Sequence record: OR844650.1
Direction: 5' to 3' (one strand)
Length of the DNA: 64,000 nucleotides
Positions 39,921-49,531 of the stretch are shown one piece after another. Within the stretch, counting starts at the first letter, position 1. Each line of letters opens with the position of its first letter. Below the pieces are notes generated by a model that saw only the letters and a list, made by a program, of their open reading frames with translations, searched no databases and had not been told where the DNA came from. Both the position numbers and the translations under genes were made by a program.

Positions 39921-40544
39921 CTATATATCCAACCCTTTTACAACATCTACGAAATGTTCAAACACTTCTTTTGAAAAATAACCACCTTCACAAAAAAGCA
40001 TACTAAACGGTGGCAGCATGTCCGATAACTCTTTAGCTAAATTGATTTCTGCTCTTAACTCTTGAACATCAATGATATCATGTACTAAAGATAATTGAAA
40101 CATGAATGCATCTACATCTTCATTCATTTCTGAATTGTAATATAACTCTTCAGGGAATTTGTCGGTTTCGTAATAATAAAAAACTTTATTGTTGAACACA
40201 CCACTAATAGGAACATCATTTTCATCTTTCTTTGAAATGTTTGTTTCCCATGACTCTATATTATTAGGAACAAAAAAATCATAGGCTGATTTTGAACCCT
40301 GAACTGAATCCAACTTTATTCCATAATATTCCGTATCCATGTATTTCTGCTGTAATGTAATACCACGTGTACTGACATTCACTTGGAATATATCATCTTT
40401 ATCTGGAACGCTAAATGGAATACATAACACTGAATTCTCAGGGTATTTGGCAATGAATGCATCCAGCACTTTATTAAGCACTGGAATGGCAATTTTACTG
40501 TACTGCATCAAATCATACATTTTAATTCTGGTCATATCATTCAC
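39921..40544 (-). CDS. family A protein
   Basis: DAFMFQLSLVHD. Confidence 0.75.
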   Translation of the reverse strand: MNDMTRIKMYDLMQYSKIAIPVLNKVLDAFIAKYPENSVLCIPFSVPDKDDIFQVNVSTRGITLQQKYMDTEYYGIKLDSVQGSKSAYDFFVPNNIESWETNISKKDENDVPISGVFNNKVFYYYETDKFPEELYYNSEMNEDVDAFMFQLSLVHDIIDVQELRAEINLAKELSDMLPPFSMLFCEGGYFSKEVFEHFVDVVKGLDI

Positions 40545-41064
40545 CTGTGTATGTTTTCACCCTTAGCGATTCAAAATCCCATACATCACTGATTGTACCA
40601 TTGTGCCTGTAATCATAATATTCTACTAATACATTATACAATAACTTCAACGATACAAATTCATGATTCCACGGAGCTTTATTCTCATGAACACATTTGG
40701 TGATATAAGGTATAATATATAAACTAAACAACACTAATGGTGAATGTATACATTGCATTTGAAAATATTCTTCTTCTTGCATACAATGTTCAGGAATAAT
40801 TAGATCATAATGTGTCTCAAATAAATGTAAACCTATTGTGGTTTTTTTCGTATCACATGCGTACCATATTGTACTATCCGAAATAAATGGAATGATACCA
40901 TTATTGTTTGCAATGTACATCATATGGTAAGAGCGATTTGTCTTGTTAAATATCTCGATACTTTCGATATTACTACAAATCATGTATTCAATGCAATCAA
41001 TGATCTTATCTTTAAATGTACCAATTTCATTGAATGTCATTGATTTCTGCACTTCACTGCTCAT
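40537..41064 (-). CDS. family A protein
   Basis: EEEYFQMQCIH. Confidence 0.75.
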   Translation of the reverse strand: MSSEVQKSMTFNEIGTFKDKIIDCIEYMICSNIESIEIFNKTNRSYHMMYIANNNGIIPFISDSTIWYACDTKKTTIGLHLFETHYDLIIPEHCMQEEEYFQMQCIHSPLVLFSLYIIPYITKCVHENKAPWNHEFVSLKLLYNVLVEYYDYRHNGTISDVWDFESLRVKTYTGE

Positions 41065-41603
41065 ATTTTCTCCTTAAAAAAATTCAAATACTCTTCATTG
41101 AAAGCATATGTATCATCTTTTTTGTTATGCACCACATAATCATAAAGAGCTATGAATGCAGGGATTATGATCTTACATGATTTATTATTGTATTTGTACT
41201 GCTCCAAATCAACGGTATTCAATTTAGCAATAAGCATAGCAACAAAGATATCTTCATGGTGGTGTACTGTACTGTACTGAAAATATTCATCCTCTCCAAT
41301 ATCAGGATGATATAACGGTATATCCAAATTATTACGAATTGACATTTTATATTTTTGTAATGCAGCTAAATGCATGAACCACAATCTATCTTCATGGAAA
41401 GATGGAAAAATAATTTTGTCTGTGCTAATAAAAATTTCTTCATTTCGATTATTTGTCACAAGAGGTGCATACATTTTAATTTTTGCAGATCTAATAATTA
41501 AATTAAAAATATAATGAATCTTATGAACTGCACTTGATGCATCTTCGTATGTACTTGGGATTATGAAACTCACTATATGTTCTCCTTTAAAATGATTACA
41601 CAT
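41061..41603 (-). CDS. family A protein
   Basis: EDEYFQYSTVHH. Confidence 0.75.
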   Translation of the reverse strand: MCNHFKGEHIVSFIIPSTYEDASSAVHKIHYIFNLIIRSAKIKMYAPLVTNNRNEEIFISTDKIIFPSFHEDRLWFMHLAALQKYKMSIRNNLDIPLYHPDIGEDEYFQYSTVHHHEDIFVAMLIAKLNTVDLEQYKYNNKSCKIIIPAFIALYDYVVHNKKDDTYAFNEEYLNFFKEKI

Positions 41604-41630
41604 GATAACAGCTTTGGTCTTCTATGTCAA
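41602..41630 (-). promoter_or_regulatory. sigma70-type promoter
   Basis: TTGACA-17-TATCAT. Confidence 0.6.
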
Positions 41631-41655
41631 TACCAAAACGAAAAAAGCCCATATC

Positions 41656-42162
41656 TTACGATACAGGCGTTCTGGGCATGTTTATTTGAATTTCATTGTA
41701 CAAATCATCAATATATAGACATGAAAACGATACACTTTCTTTAACTATATTGTTGTGATAAAGCATTTTAAATGCAATATAGAAAAATAAATCAATATCA
41801 TCATGTACTAAATTCTGCTGGAACCACCACTCTTCTGTTAAATCTTGTGCATTAAAATCATCAGGAACTACAATTGACGACATATCAGAATCTTCTTTGT
41901 ACTCAAACCACATGTCGTCATTCGGATAACGTTCATGCTTCTCTGGGTAACAATTGGTGGGATTAAATGCTAAAATATAAAATGCCGTCGAAGAATGTTC
42001 TTTATTAAAAAATGAATTATTCCACACCTGATATTTTTCACCAACATCAAGCTCTTCTGTTACTGATTTTATTGCACATAATGTACTGTATATTGTTTCT
42101 ATCTTGTGAACATATTTAAATGCAGCATCTAAGCTGAACTCTAAATCATACATGTACTGCAT
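41656..42162 (-). CDS. family A protein
   Basis: EEWWFQQNLVHD. Confidence 0.75.
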   Translation of the reverse strand: MQYMYDLEFSLDAAFKYVHKIETIYSTLCAIKSVTEELDVGEKYQVWNNSFFNKEHSSTAFYILAFNPTNCYPEKHERYPNDDMWFEYKEDSDMSSIVVPDDFNAQDLTEEWWFQQNLVHDDIDLFFYIAFKMLYHNNIVKESVSFSCLYIDDLYNEIQINMPRTPVS

Positions 42163-42482
42163 AAAATTACCTCAACTAAAGCAAGGACTGTATTGAATTC
42201 CACTATACTTGTAATTCCTTGAAGGTACATGTACTTTGCTACTACATATTTCTGTACTAAATTATAATTTTTAAATTCCTCAAAATTGTAATTTAGAACA
42301 AAATCTGTACTCAAAAATAACTTATGCATCTCTAATGCACTTTGATAATACGCGTACAACTCACTGATATCAATACTGGTTAAATTATATTGTTCATATC
42401 TATGATACGGGATGGCTTCAATTTCAATACTATAAAACCATTCTCTTAACTTATTAATATCAAATGTATTATTCAGCTTCAT
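42141..42482 (-). CDS. hypothetical protein
   Basis: Packed ORF. Confidence 0.6.
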   Translation of the reverse strand: MKLNNTFDINKLREWFYSIEIEAIPYHRYEQYNLTSIDISELYAYYQSALEMHKLFLSTDFVLNYNFEEFKNYNLVQKYVVAKYMYLQGITSIVEFNTVLALVEVILCSTCMI

Positions 42483-43035
42483 AACTCAATATCTCCATTA
42501 AGCACTCATAAACACCATCAATCGCATAAGCACAAAAATTGAAATTAATTTTGTGATTCTTGTGTAATGGACTATTGTGTACTGTACTCATTATGACATT
42601 ATAAAATAACAAACGCACTGGTACAAGCATTGAACCTTGGAAAAATTCTTCCTCTGATTTATATGTATTGTACTCTATTGTTTTGTTCGTTTCTTTATTA
42701 TATGTTACCATTACTAATGGGGAATTTTTATTATACCATGCGTACTCTAAATCATTCTTTCCAATAACAGCCCCAGGGGCAAAATCCAAAAGACCAATAA
42801 CACTACGGGCATTTGGGTTATCAGGTGTATTGAATCGTTTATCAAAATGACTCGTGCACGTAATATATGTATTGTACTTCGATGGAATAATACCAATACA
42901 TTTGTGGATGTGACGCTTGTAATCTTTCTGTGCATTATATAAGGCTGCAACAATACAAGCTAACTTTTGTCCCATAAGGATTGCATTAGCGTAGGTGTAC
43001 TGAATATCATTGCTGGTACGGTACTTCGAGGTCAT
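42469..43035 (-). CDS. family A protein
   Basis: EEEFFQGSML; N-terminal NDIQYTY echoes family C. Confidence 0.75.
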   Translation of the reverse strand: MTSKYRTSNDIQYTYANAILMGQKLACIVAALYNAQKDYKRHIHKCIGIIPSKYNTYITCTSHFDKRFNTPDNPNARSVIGLLDFAPGAVIGKNDLEYAWYNKNSPLVMVTYNKETNKTIEYNTYKSEEEFFQGSMLVPVRLLFYNVIMSTVHNSPLHKNHKINFNFCAYAIDGVYECLMEILSYEAE

Positions 43036-43318
43036 AATATTTCCTTTGCCATATCATGGGCTTAAAATCAATAACAGCTTTCTGTATCTTTTTTAATAAT
43101 AAGACATCATAACCACCCGTGTCAATCACTAATTGCTGTTGGAACAATTCTTCATCGGATAATGTATTGAAATCTACAAAATAATCTGTAACTATCGAAT
43201 CATTTAAATGTGCCATGTACCAACCTGAACTTCTTGAATAAATCAAATTCCACCCATCGTCATCATCTTCTAATTCAACATAAATCATATCTGGGGTATA
43301 CATCATTTTATACTTCAT
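43007..43318 (-). CDS. family A protein (short type)
   Basis: DEELFQQQLVID. Confidence 0.75.
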   Translation of the reverse strand: MKYKMMYTPDMIYVELEDDDDGWNLIYSRSSGWYMAHLNDSIVTDYFVDFNTLSDEELFQQQLVIDTGGYDVLLLKKIQKAVIDFKPMIWQRKYYDLEVPYQQ

Positions 43319-43814
43319 AACTATATCCTTGCATCAAAATATCATAAACGTTTGAAAGGTACGGAATTTTGATATAAAATTTAAAACCCTTAATTAAAGG
43401 ATTCGCGTACAATGAACTGAATAACTTTAGATAATGTATTTGACGAGGACTGTATAATAACGATTTCTGAAATAATTCAGAACTACAATCTGAACTAATA
43501 TCAATTAAATCAATTCGTGCTTCTACTTCATCATTTTGTTTCAAATCATAAAAGAAATAATCGTTTGTGTTGACCCACAAATACCCTTCACTATTTTCGT
43601 ATATAACAGGAGATGCTTGTTCTGGATTGCCTTGGGCAAATGCTGCAAAACAAACTTTTGCATTACTTTCATCTTTAAACAAAAACGATAATTTATCATA
43701 TCTATCTTCTATGCGTAAATCACCTATATAAATGTACTTATGCATAGAATGATTATTCTTGAGCATAAGCATTACTGTACTAATCTTGTGTGCTAATAAT
43801 TCTATCTCATTCAT
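43308..43814 (-). CDS. family A protein (MNEIELLAHKIST pair)
   Basis: SSELFQKSLLY. Confidence 0.75.
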   Translation of the reverse strand: MNEIELLAHKISTVMLMLKNNHSMHKYIYIGDLRIEDRYDKLSFLFKDESNAKVCFAAFAQGNPEQASPVIYENSEGYLWVNTNDYFFYDLKQNDEVEARIDLIDISSDCSSELFQKSLLYSPRQIHYLKLFSSLYANPLIKGFKFYIKIPYLSNVYDILMQGYSYEV

Positions 43815-43837
43815 ATATTATTACCTATTGATGGATG

Positions 43838-43912
43838 CATCATCTTCTAATTCAACATAAATCATATCTTGGGGTATACATCATTTTATACTTCATAACT
43901 ATATCCTTGCAT
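43838..43912 (-). repeat. near-exact copy of 43261..43334, carrying a frameshifted remnant of the next gene's start
   Basis: 74/75-bp direct repeat differing by one inserted T (ATATCTGGGG vs ATATCTTGGGG). Confidence 0.85.
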
Positions 43913-44440
43913 TAATAAATCATAAACTACATGGACTAAATTTAATTGAATATAAAATTTTAAACCTTTAATTAATGGATTCAAATGCATTGTACTGAAT
44001 AAAATTAGATACATCATCTCATGCGGTTTTGTGATTAATGATTTTTGAAATACTTCAGCTTCATCATAAGGGTCTATGAACTGAAATTTGTCTTCATCAT
44101 AATTTGTATTGGAATGCTGATATATAAAATAATCATCATTGGTATTGTACCACAAATACCCTTCGAATCCTGTACTTACATTTCTTGTCAATGGTGATGC
44201 TGATACTGGATTTGAACTGATTAATGCACCTACACCAACAATCCCCGTTGTATCATATTCGATTTCAACATCAATGTCAATATCAATGTATTTCCTTGCG
44301 ATATCTGCGTTTATGGACAAATATAAACTACCACCTGTCCTCTGACTCAGGATTCCATCTATCTGCGATATAGGATGGTTGTTATTGAGGATAAGCATTA
44401 TTGTACTTATCTTGTGTGCTAATAACTCTATCTCATTCAT
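43886..44440 (-). CDS. family A protein (MNEIELLAHKIST pair)
   Basis: EAEVFQKSLI. Confidence 0.75.
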   Translation of the reverse strand: MNEIELLAHKISTIMLILNNNHPISQIDGILSQRTGGSLYLSINADIARKYIDIDIDVEIEYDTTGIVGVGALISSNPVSASPLTRNVSTGFEGYLWYNTNDDYFIYQHSNTNYDEDKFQFIDPYDEAEVFQKSLITKPHEMMYLILFSTMHLNPLIKGLKFYIQLNLVHVVYDLLMQGYSYEV

Positions 44441-44640
44441 AATTTACCTATCGATGGATACCTAGGATTTGTAGGATGTAAAATCCTGTCCTGTACTGAA
44501 AGGTGCTCAAATGTAATTAAACTCAAATAATAATCGTAATCATCAATACCACCCTTCAAATGTATATTGTAATACATCTTAATACTATCTAATAATGAAT
44601 CCTGTAATGCATTTAATGTTATCGTATTAATCTTTTGCAT
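44437..44640 (-). CDS. small hypothetical protein
   Basis: Packed ORF. Confidence 0.55.
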   Translation of the reverse strand: MQKINTITLNALQDSLLDSIKMYYNIHLKGGIDDYDYYLSLITFEHLSVQDRILHPTNPRYPSIGKL

Positions 44641-44788
44641 TAATGTTCTTCTCTTAAAAATCGTTTGATAGCATAATCTAAATAAAATTCATAACACATG
44701 CTATCTCTGTTCTTTATCCATATTTTGTAATCGGATTTTATATTACGCAACAAATAATTTGTATTAATTGTGTAATAATCTAATCGCC

Positions 44789-45175
44789 CTAATCTTTCCA
44801 TTTAATAGGATACTCCTTTCCTTGTACTATATATGACAAAATCCATCCGTAATGAATAGGATGATTTTTATCTGAATCAGGAATAAAATATAAAGCTGTA
44901 CTTGGATTATGACTGAATAAATCTTTATTGTCAAATGTAAAATGTGATAATATAATTTTCCTTGTACTTGGACGAATAACATTCTTAACACTGAACTCTG
45001 TTCCTTTGTATTTCTCCGAGAATTCAAATAATGCATCTGTAATTAAATCACTGAACTCTTGGATTACAAAATTCTGATAAAATGCATTAATCTCTTTTAA
45101 CTCTGTATACAATTCACTTCTGGTATTCAAAAGGAATATTACTTGTTTAAGATCCTGTACTATTGTTGGGTTCAT
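44789..45175 (-). CDS. family C-like protein
   Basis: SEKYKGTEFSV after long helix. Confidence 0.65.
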   Translation of the reverse strand: MNPTIVQDLKQVIFLLNTRSELYTELKEINAFYQNFVIQEFSDLITDALFEFSEKYKGTEFSVKNVIRPSTRKIILSHFTFDNKDLFSHNPSTALYFIPDSDKNHPIHYGWILSYIVQGKEYPIKWKD

Positions 45176-45410
45176 ATTTGTTTATCTCATTATGTACCTT
45201 AAGCATAAAAATTTGCATATGAATTTTTTGTTCAAGGTGCTTGATAAATTTCTGTACTGTATCTTCTTGATCTTTTGTACCAAGATAAAATAACATATTA
45301 AATTCAGATAATCTCAGAGAGAAATCTTCCTCTCCCCCTCGTAAACAAAAATCCCTGTACTTTGAAGCGTACAATAAAGAATCTACCTTTTTATATATTT
45401 GGGTCTGCAT
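45147..45410 (-). CDS. family B small protein
   Basis: FYLGTKDQED. Confidence 0.75.
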   Translation of the reverse strand: MQTQIYKKVDSLLYASKYRDFCLRGGEEDFSLRLSEFNMLFYLGTKDQEDTVQKFIKHLEQKIHMQIFMLKVHNEINKYEPNNSTGS

Positions 45411-45595
45411 TGTATCTCCATTTTCAAGGACCATATGAGCTTATCAACGCATTGATCCTGTGCTATTGTCCCTAGATAAAATAATACATCAAAATCTGAT
45501 ATTTTGATATTAAAAGGATCGGTGTGTACATTTTTAATAAACTCCCTGTACTTCATTTCATATGCATTAGGTATATTCTTATATGTCAATTTCAA
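45383..45595 (-). CDS. family B small protein
   Basis: FYLGTIAQDQ. Confidence 0.75.
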   Translation of the reverse strand: MKLTYKNIPNAYEMKYREFIKNVHTDPFNIKISDFDVLFYLGTIAQDQCVDKLIWSLKMEIQCRPKYIKR

Positions 45596-45896
45596 TGATC
45601 CTCCCTGACATACCTTGTATTAGCTTATCATACATATCGAGCATCACTTTTTGAATACTAATTAGTACTGGCATCGTGCAAATATCAATGTCGTATACTA
45701 AGCTGTACTGGAATAATTCATCTTCCTGCATTTGTACTAAATTAGGTAAAAGATAATTGTCTGCCTCTTCATCCTGGTACTTGAAATGCATAACACCATC
45801 CTTTTTGTACAAAAGAATGTCAATATCACCCAACTCTTCGGCATAACCAAATATACATATATTAGATGTTTTTGCTATATTAAATTTCATCTCCAC
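45579..45896 (-). CDS. family A protein (short type)
   Basis: EDELFQYSLVYD. Confidence 0.75.
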   Translation of the reverse strand: MEMKFNIAKTSNICIFGYAEELGDIDILLYKKDGVMHFKYQDEEADNYLLPNLVQMQEDELFQYSLVYDIDICTMPVLISIQKVMLDMYDKLIQGMSGRIIEIDI

Positions 45897-46132
45897 CTCT
45901 CTCCGTCAGCACAAGAGTACTGGTACGTTGTCGTTAGGGTAGGGACCATGTTTGTAATGGGCATATTATTAACAATAACGGTAACAGGCATAAGAATCGT
46001 CTCTACTCTACTCTGTCCTGTCCTTGTACAATTCATCTTCTGCATTTCATCTGAATCCATGAAATACAATACAAATGGTGCAATCCCAAGAACAATACAC
46101 AAGACGATAAGGAAATTTAAAAAATTTAACAT
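45887..46132 (-). CDS. small membrane-anchored protein
   Basis: N-terminal TM helix FLNFLIVLCIVLGIAPFVLYF; two Cys in the exported part. Confidence 0.7.
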   Translation of the reverse strand: MLNFLNFLIVLCIVLGIAPFVLYFMDSDEMQKMNCTRTGQSRVETILMPVTVIVNNMPITNMVPTLTTTYQYSCADGERWR

Positions 46133-46161
46133 AATTTTTACCCTATGATTAACGTTAGTGT

Positions 46162-46190
46162 ACTATATCAGTAATGAAAAGTACTGTCAA
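46162..46190 (-). promoter_or_regulatory. sigma70-type promoter
   Basis: TTGACA-17-TATAGT with AGTACT in the spacer region. Confidence 0.7.
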
Positions 46191-46191
46191 G

Positions 46192-46596
46192 CTAGTATTG
46201 CACTGTTCTAATGAAAGTACCTGAACTCATGGATTTAAGCTTATGAACCTCTTCCTGTATACCCTTGAGCAACTCTAAAGGTATAGGTACATCATGTACT
46301 AAGCTGTACTGAAAATATTCTTCTTCAGATAAAGTACTAACATCTGGAACGCCAATTTTAGTTAGATAATCTTGATGTGTTGACCAATAAATTATATCTT
46401 CAGTAGAATTGTACTCCCCATATACTGAACAATATTGATGAATATCTTTCCTGTACCCTTGAGCAATAAAGAACTTATCTACTGCATTACCAGCATTAAT
46501 AGAATTCACTTCGATTGTCACAGTACTTGAGCTTGTATAACTCTTAATATTATCAGTACTTTTAATACTCAACTGTGTGTTCTTCATAATCACCAT
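46192..46596 (-). CDS. family A protein (short type)
   Basis: PDVSTLSEEEYFQYSLVHD. Confidence 0.75.
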   Translation of the reverse strand: MVIMKNTQLSIKSTDNIKSYTSSSTVTIEVNSINAGNAVDKFFIAQGYRKDIHQYCSVYGEYNSTEDIIYWSTHQDYLTKIGVPDVSTLSEEEYFQYSLVHDVPIPLELLKGIQEEVHKLKSMSSGTFIRTVQY

Positions 46597-46906
46597 TAGG
46601 CTCCTGTTTAGATTCTTTCATTAGTACTATCATCTTATGTACTAATGGCATAGGAAACTCTAAATCCCATACTAATGATTCCTGAAAGTATTCCTCTGGT
46701 GATAAAGTACTTAAATCTTTAATATCAACGTGCTTGTATATTTTATTTTCGTAATTAACAAATGATATATATAAATCACTAACATAAGAATCATAGGTAA
46801 TTGTGAATGGCTTACCCTTGTAATCCATTACATCTCTACATAGACTACTTTTGATATATGTATGTTCAAATGATTTATATACCTTGAGTTGTATATTAGT
46901 TTTCAT
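46562..46906 (-). CDS. family A protein (short type)
   Basis: DLSTLSPEEYFQESLVWD. Confidence 0.75.
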   Translation of the reverse strand: MKTNIQLKVYKSFEHTYIKSSLCRDVMDYKGKPFTITYDSYVSDLYISFVNYENKIYKHVDIKDLSTLSPEEYFQESLVWDLEFPMPLVHKMIVLMKESKQEPNGDYEEHTVEY

Positions 46907-47138
46907 ATTTCTCTTTATTAGCTTGTTTGGTTTTATAGTGAATTAAATCTATTAATGTAATCAAGTACAACGTCAAATAGTACTCTTGTTGATCTGTACC
47001 TAATGATACAAAGAACTTGTGCTCATAGATTAAAACCTGTTTCTCTTCAAATGGACATTTAATCCTCTGTATAGGCTTAAGTAAATGATAGTACTTATTA
47101 AATCTATGATACATTTCTAGTTCTGTCAGTACTTTCAT
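46896..47138 (-). CDS. family B small protein
   Basis: SLGTDQQEY. Confidence 0.75.
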   Translation of the reverse strand: MKVLTELEMYHRFNKYYHLLKPIQRIKCPFEEKQVLIYEHKFFVSLGTDQQEYYLTLYLITLIDLIHYKTKQANKEKYEN

Positions 47139-47139
47139 A

Positions 47140-47361
47140 TTAAACACATACTCCATTAGCTGTAGCATCACGTAAAGCTGTCAAATACTTCTGTACGGCT
47201 TGCTCTTGCTTATTTGTACCTAAAAGTATATACATCCATAATTCACTGTAATGTACATCTTGTGTATAAGGGTTGTTGTAACTTTTTGATAATATAGCAT
47301 CAAATTCAGATGCATGAACCCTTGTGAACTTAAGAATATCTTGTTGTGATATGATTCTCAT
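47140..47361 (-). CDS. family B small protein
   Basis: LLGTNKQEQ. Confidence 0.75.
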   Translation of the reverse strand: MRIISQQDILKFTRVHASEFDAILSKSYNNPYTQDVHYSELWMYILLGTNKQEQAVQKYLTALRDATANGVCV

Positions 47362-47573
47362 ATCTTTTCCTGTACAATCTGTATAAGAATACCTATGTGT
47401 GAATTAACAGTTCTCTCTTGATGCTGTGTTCCTAAGAGTGTCAGTACTATCATATCTGAACGCAAAAGATTTTTTTCAAGTTCACTTATATCAGTTCTTG
47501 AATCAAGTGCCATATATTTGTGATTATTCTTCCTGAATAGTGCCAAGTACTCTTGGTTTGATATTATCTTCAT
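47358..47573 (-). CDS. family B small protein
   Basis: LLGTQHQER. Confidence 0.75.
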   Translation of the reverse strand: MKIISNQEYLALFRKNNHKYMALDSRTDISELEKNLLRSDMIVLTLLGTQHQERTVNSHIGILIQIVQEKI

Positions 47574-47785
47574 AGTTTACTTTGAATTTCCATTAAAAGT
47601 GCTCTAATATGCTCATTGACAAATCTCTCTTGGGAATCTGTGTCTAGGGTGAGAAGCATTCTTAAATCGGAACCTCTGATGGTATATTCTAAATCATTCT
47701 TTGATTCTCGCATAAGTTTCTGAAAGGATGAGAAGTGTAATCCCATGAGTTCAATGTATTCTGCTGTTCCTAGTGGTTTTGGCAT
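47570..47785 (-). CDS. family B small protein
   Basis: TLDTDSQER. Confidence 0.75.
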   Translation of the reverse strand: MPKPLGTAEYIELMGLHFSSFQKLMRESKNDLEYTIRGSDLRMLLTLDTDSQERFVNEHIRALLMEIQSKL

Positions 47786-47997
47786 TTTAGTTCAATCGCT
47801 CGTTTAAGTGTATTAATATAATCATTAATATAGCATTCTTGATAGTTAGTCCCTAGTGTAGCTTGAACATAGATTTCATTTCTCTTAATAATTTTATCCA
47901 TATCTGGTATATCTGATGTGTTAATAACAAACAACTTCAAAAACAATCCATTTATAATTGTTAGGTATTCTTCGTCGGTAATCATTCGCATTTGCAT
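47770..47997 (-). CDS. family B small protein
   Basis: TLGTNYQEC. Confidence 0.75.
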   Translation of the reverse strand: MQMRMITDEEYLTIINGLFLKLFVINTSDIPDMDKIIKRNEIYVQATLGTNYQECYINDYINTLKRAIELKCQNH

Positions 47998-48203
47998 CTT
48001 CTCAGTACTGATTCTTTAAGTTCATCAATGTAGTACTCTACATATTCTTCTTGTAGGTTTGTTCCGAGATGTAACAGTACTCTTAAATCTGCTCTCAGTA
48101 CTTCTTTATCATCTTCATCTATATCAGACAGTGTTATGTTTAAGAATTTACTTGAACTCTCTATAAGTAATATTACTGAATCACCTTTGCTTAAAATTTT
48201 CAT
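47982..48203 (-). CDS. family B small protein
   Basis: HLGTNLQEE. Confidence 0.75.
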   Translation of the reverse strand: MKILSKGDSVILLIESSSKFLNITLSDIDEDDKEVLRADLRVLLHLGTNLQEEYVEYYIDELKESVLRRCKCE

Positions 48204-48411
48204 AATCTCTTTTTGCTTTCCTCGCCAAAAGGTACATATACGATTCTTCGTATTGTGCTTGGTAGTTTGTGTTTAAGAGTCGAAACAACTTCTGTTCTGC
48301 TAGAACTAGTTGCTTATCTTCATAACAACGATAGCGTATCAACTTTTTGTATTCGATGTTGATTACATCCATTACTATAAGCCCATGTTCATCATCTGTC
48401 AAGTGTTTCAT
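48181..48411 (-). CDS. family B small protein
   Basis: LLNTNYQAQ. Confidence 0.75.
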   Translation of the reverse strand: MKHLTDDEHGLIVMDVINIEYKKLIRYRCYEDKQLVLAEQKLFRLLNTNYQAQYEESYMYLLARKAKRDYENFKQR

Positions 48412-48649
48412 GCATTTTTCTTTTTCTTATATGTTTAGTTAAAAGGTATATTAGTTTTCTATTGTATTCTTCCTGATAGTTTGTTCCTAATAGTGCAAGA
48501 AGTTTTGCTTCAACTAAAGCTAATTGACGTTCTTCAAATGTGTGTTCCAGTATGTACTTGGGGTTTGATTTTTTAGCGTAAGCACTATTAGTCTTCATTA
48601 CAATCTTATGATATTCATTAGCAGTTAGGATTTTTAAATACTTGATCAT
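48392..48649 (-). CDS. family B small protein
   Basis: LLGTNYQEE. Confidence 0.75.
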   Translation of the reverse strand: MIKYLKILTANEYHKIVMKTNSAYAKKSNPKYILEHTFEERQLALVEAKLLALLGTNYQEEYNRKLIYLLTKHIRKRKMHETLDR

Positions 48650-48869
48650 GTATCTTTTCCTTTATAGAGAATTTAAGATATCGAAGCATACTTTCAATGT
48701 AATACTCTTGTCTGTCAGTGCCAAGAAAGTACATGAGTTGAATGTATAAAACTTCTGCACTCCTTTCCGCTGGAGACTTGTTTGTGTCGTTTGGAAGTTG
48801 ATTTGTATGTTTTCTTGATTTAATTAGTCGTTCTTTTAACTCATCGTCTGTTAAGTATTTCATTTGCAT
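48618..48869 (-). CDS. family B small protein
   Basis: FLGTDRQEY. Confidence 0.75.
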   Translation of the reverse strand: MQMKYLTDDELKERLIKSRKHTNQLPNDTNKSPAERSAEVLYIQLMYFLGTDRQEYYIESMLRYLKFSIKEKIHDQVFKNPNC

Positions 48870-49095
48870 TTACTTTTTCCTTAATAGTGATTTTAAGATA
48901 TCTAATCATACGTGCAACATATTCCTCTTGTCTATCAGTTCCCAGAAGATATGGTAGTGATTGGAATAATACTTCTGCACTCCTTTCTGCTGGGGTTTGG
49001 TTTAGGTCAATTGGACGTTTATTGGTATATCTCTTGGCACGAACTAATCTCTCGACGTATTCATTATAGGTTAAGTATATCATTTCATTTTGCAT
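48841..49095 (-). CDS. family B small protein
   Basis: LLGTDRQEE. Confidence 0.75.
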   Translation of the reverse strand: MQNEMIYLTYNEYVERLVRAKRYTNKRPIDLNQTPAERSAEVLFQSLPYLLGTDRQEEYVARMIRYLKITIKEKVNANEILNRR

Positions 49096-49315
49096 TTACT
49101 TTTTCCTTAATACTCATTATAAGATGTTCAATCATATTTTGAACCATAAATTCTTGTTTATCAGTTCCAAGAACGTATGGTAGCTTCTGAAACAATACAT
49201 TTGCAGATACTTCAGATATTGATTGATTTGGAACGAACTTAAGAGTAATGTTTTTGGTTTTTAACATCTTCTCTTGAAATTCTTCATTCGTTAAGTATAT
49301 CATTTCATTTTGCAT
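49085..49315 (-). CDS. family B small protein
   Basis: VLGTDKQEF. Confidence 0.75.
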   Translation of the reverse strand: MQNEMIYLTNEEFQEKMLKTKNITLKFVPNQSISEVSANVLFQKLPYVLGTDKQEFMVQNMIEHLIMSIKEKVNAK

Positions 49316-49531
49316 TTACATTCTCTCATATATATTTTGGGTTAAAAGGTCAATCCAGATTTCCACATATCGTTGTTGGTGTTGCGTCCCTAACAGTACA
49401 CCCAACTTAGCTTCACACTCTAATAACAATCTGGTTTTGTATGGTAGACTTTGGAATCCTATAGTAGCATCTAATTTGGTAATTGCATAGTTGATTCGGA
49501 TGAATCTTTCTTGCAATGTGATGTTGATCAT
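49316..49531 (-). CDS. family B small protein
   Basis: LLGTQHQQR. Confidence 0.75.
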   Translation of the reverse strand: MINITLQERFIRINYAITKLDATIGFQSLPYKTRLLLECEAKLGVLLGTQHQQRYVEIWIDLLTQNIYERM

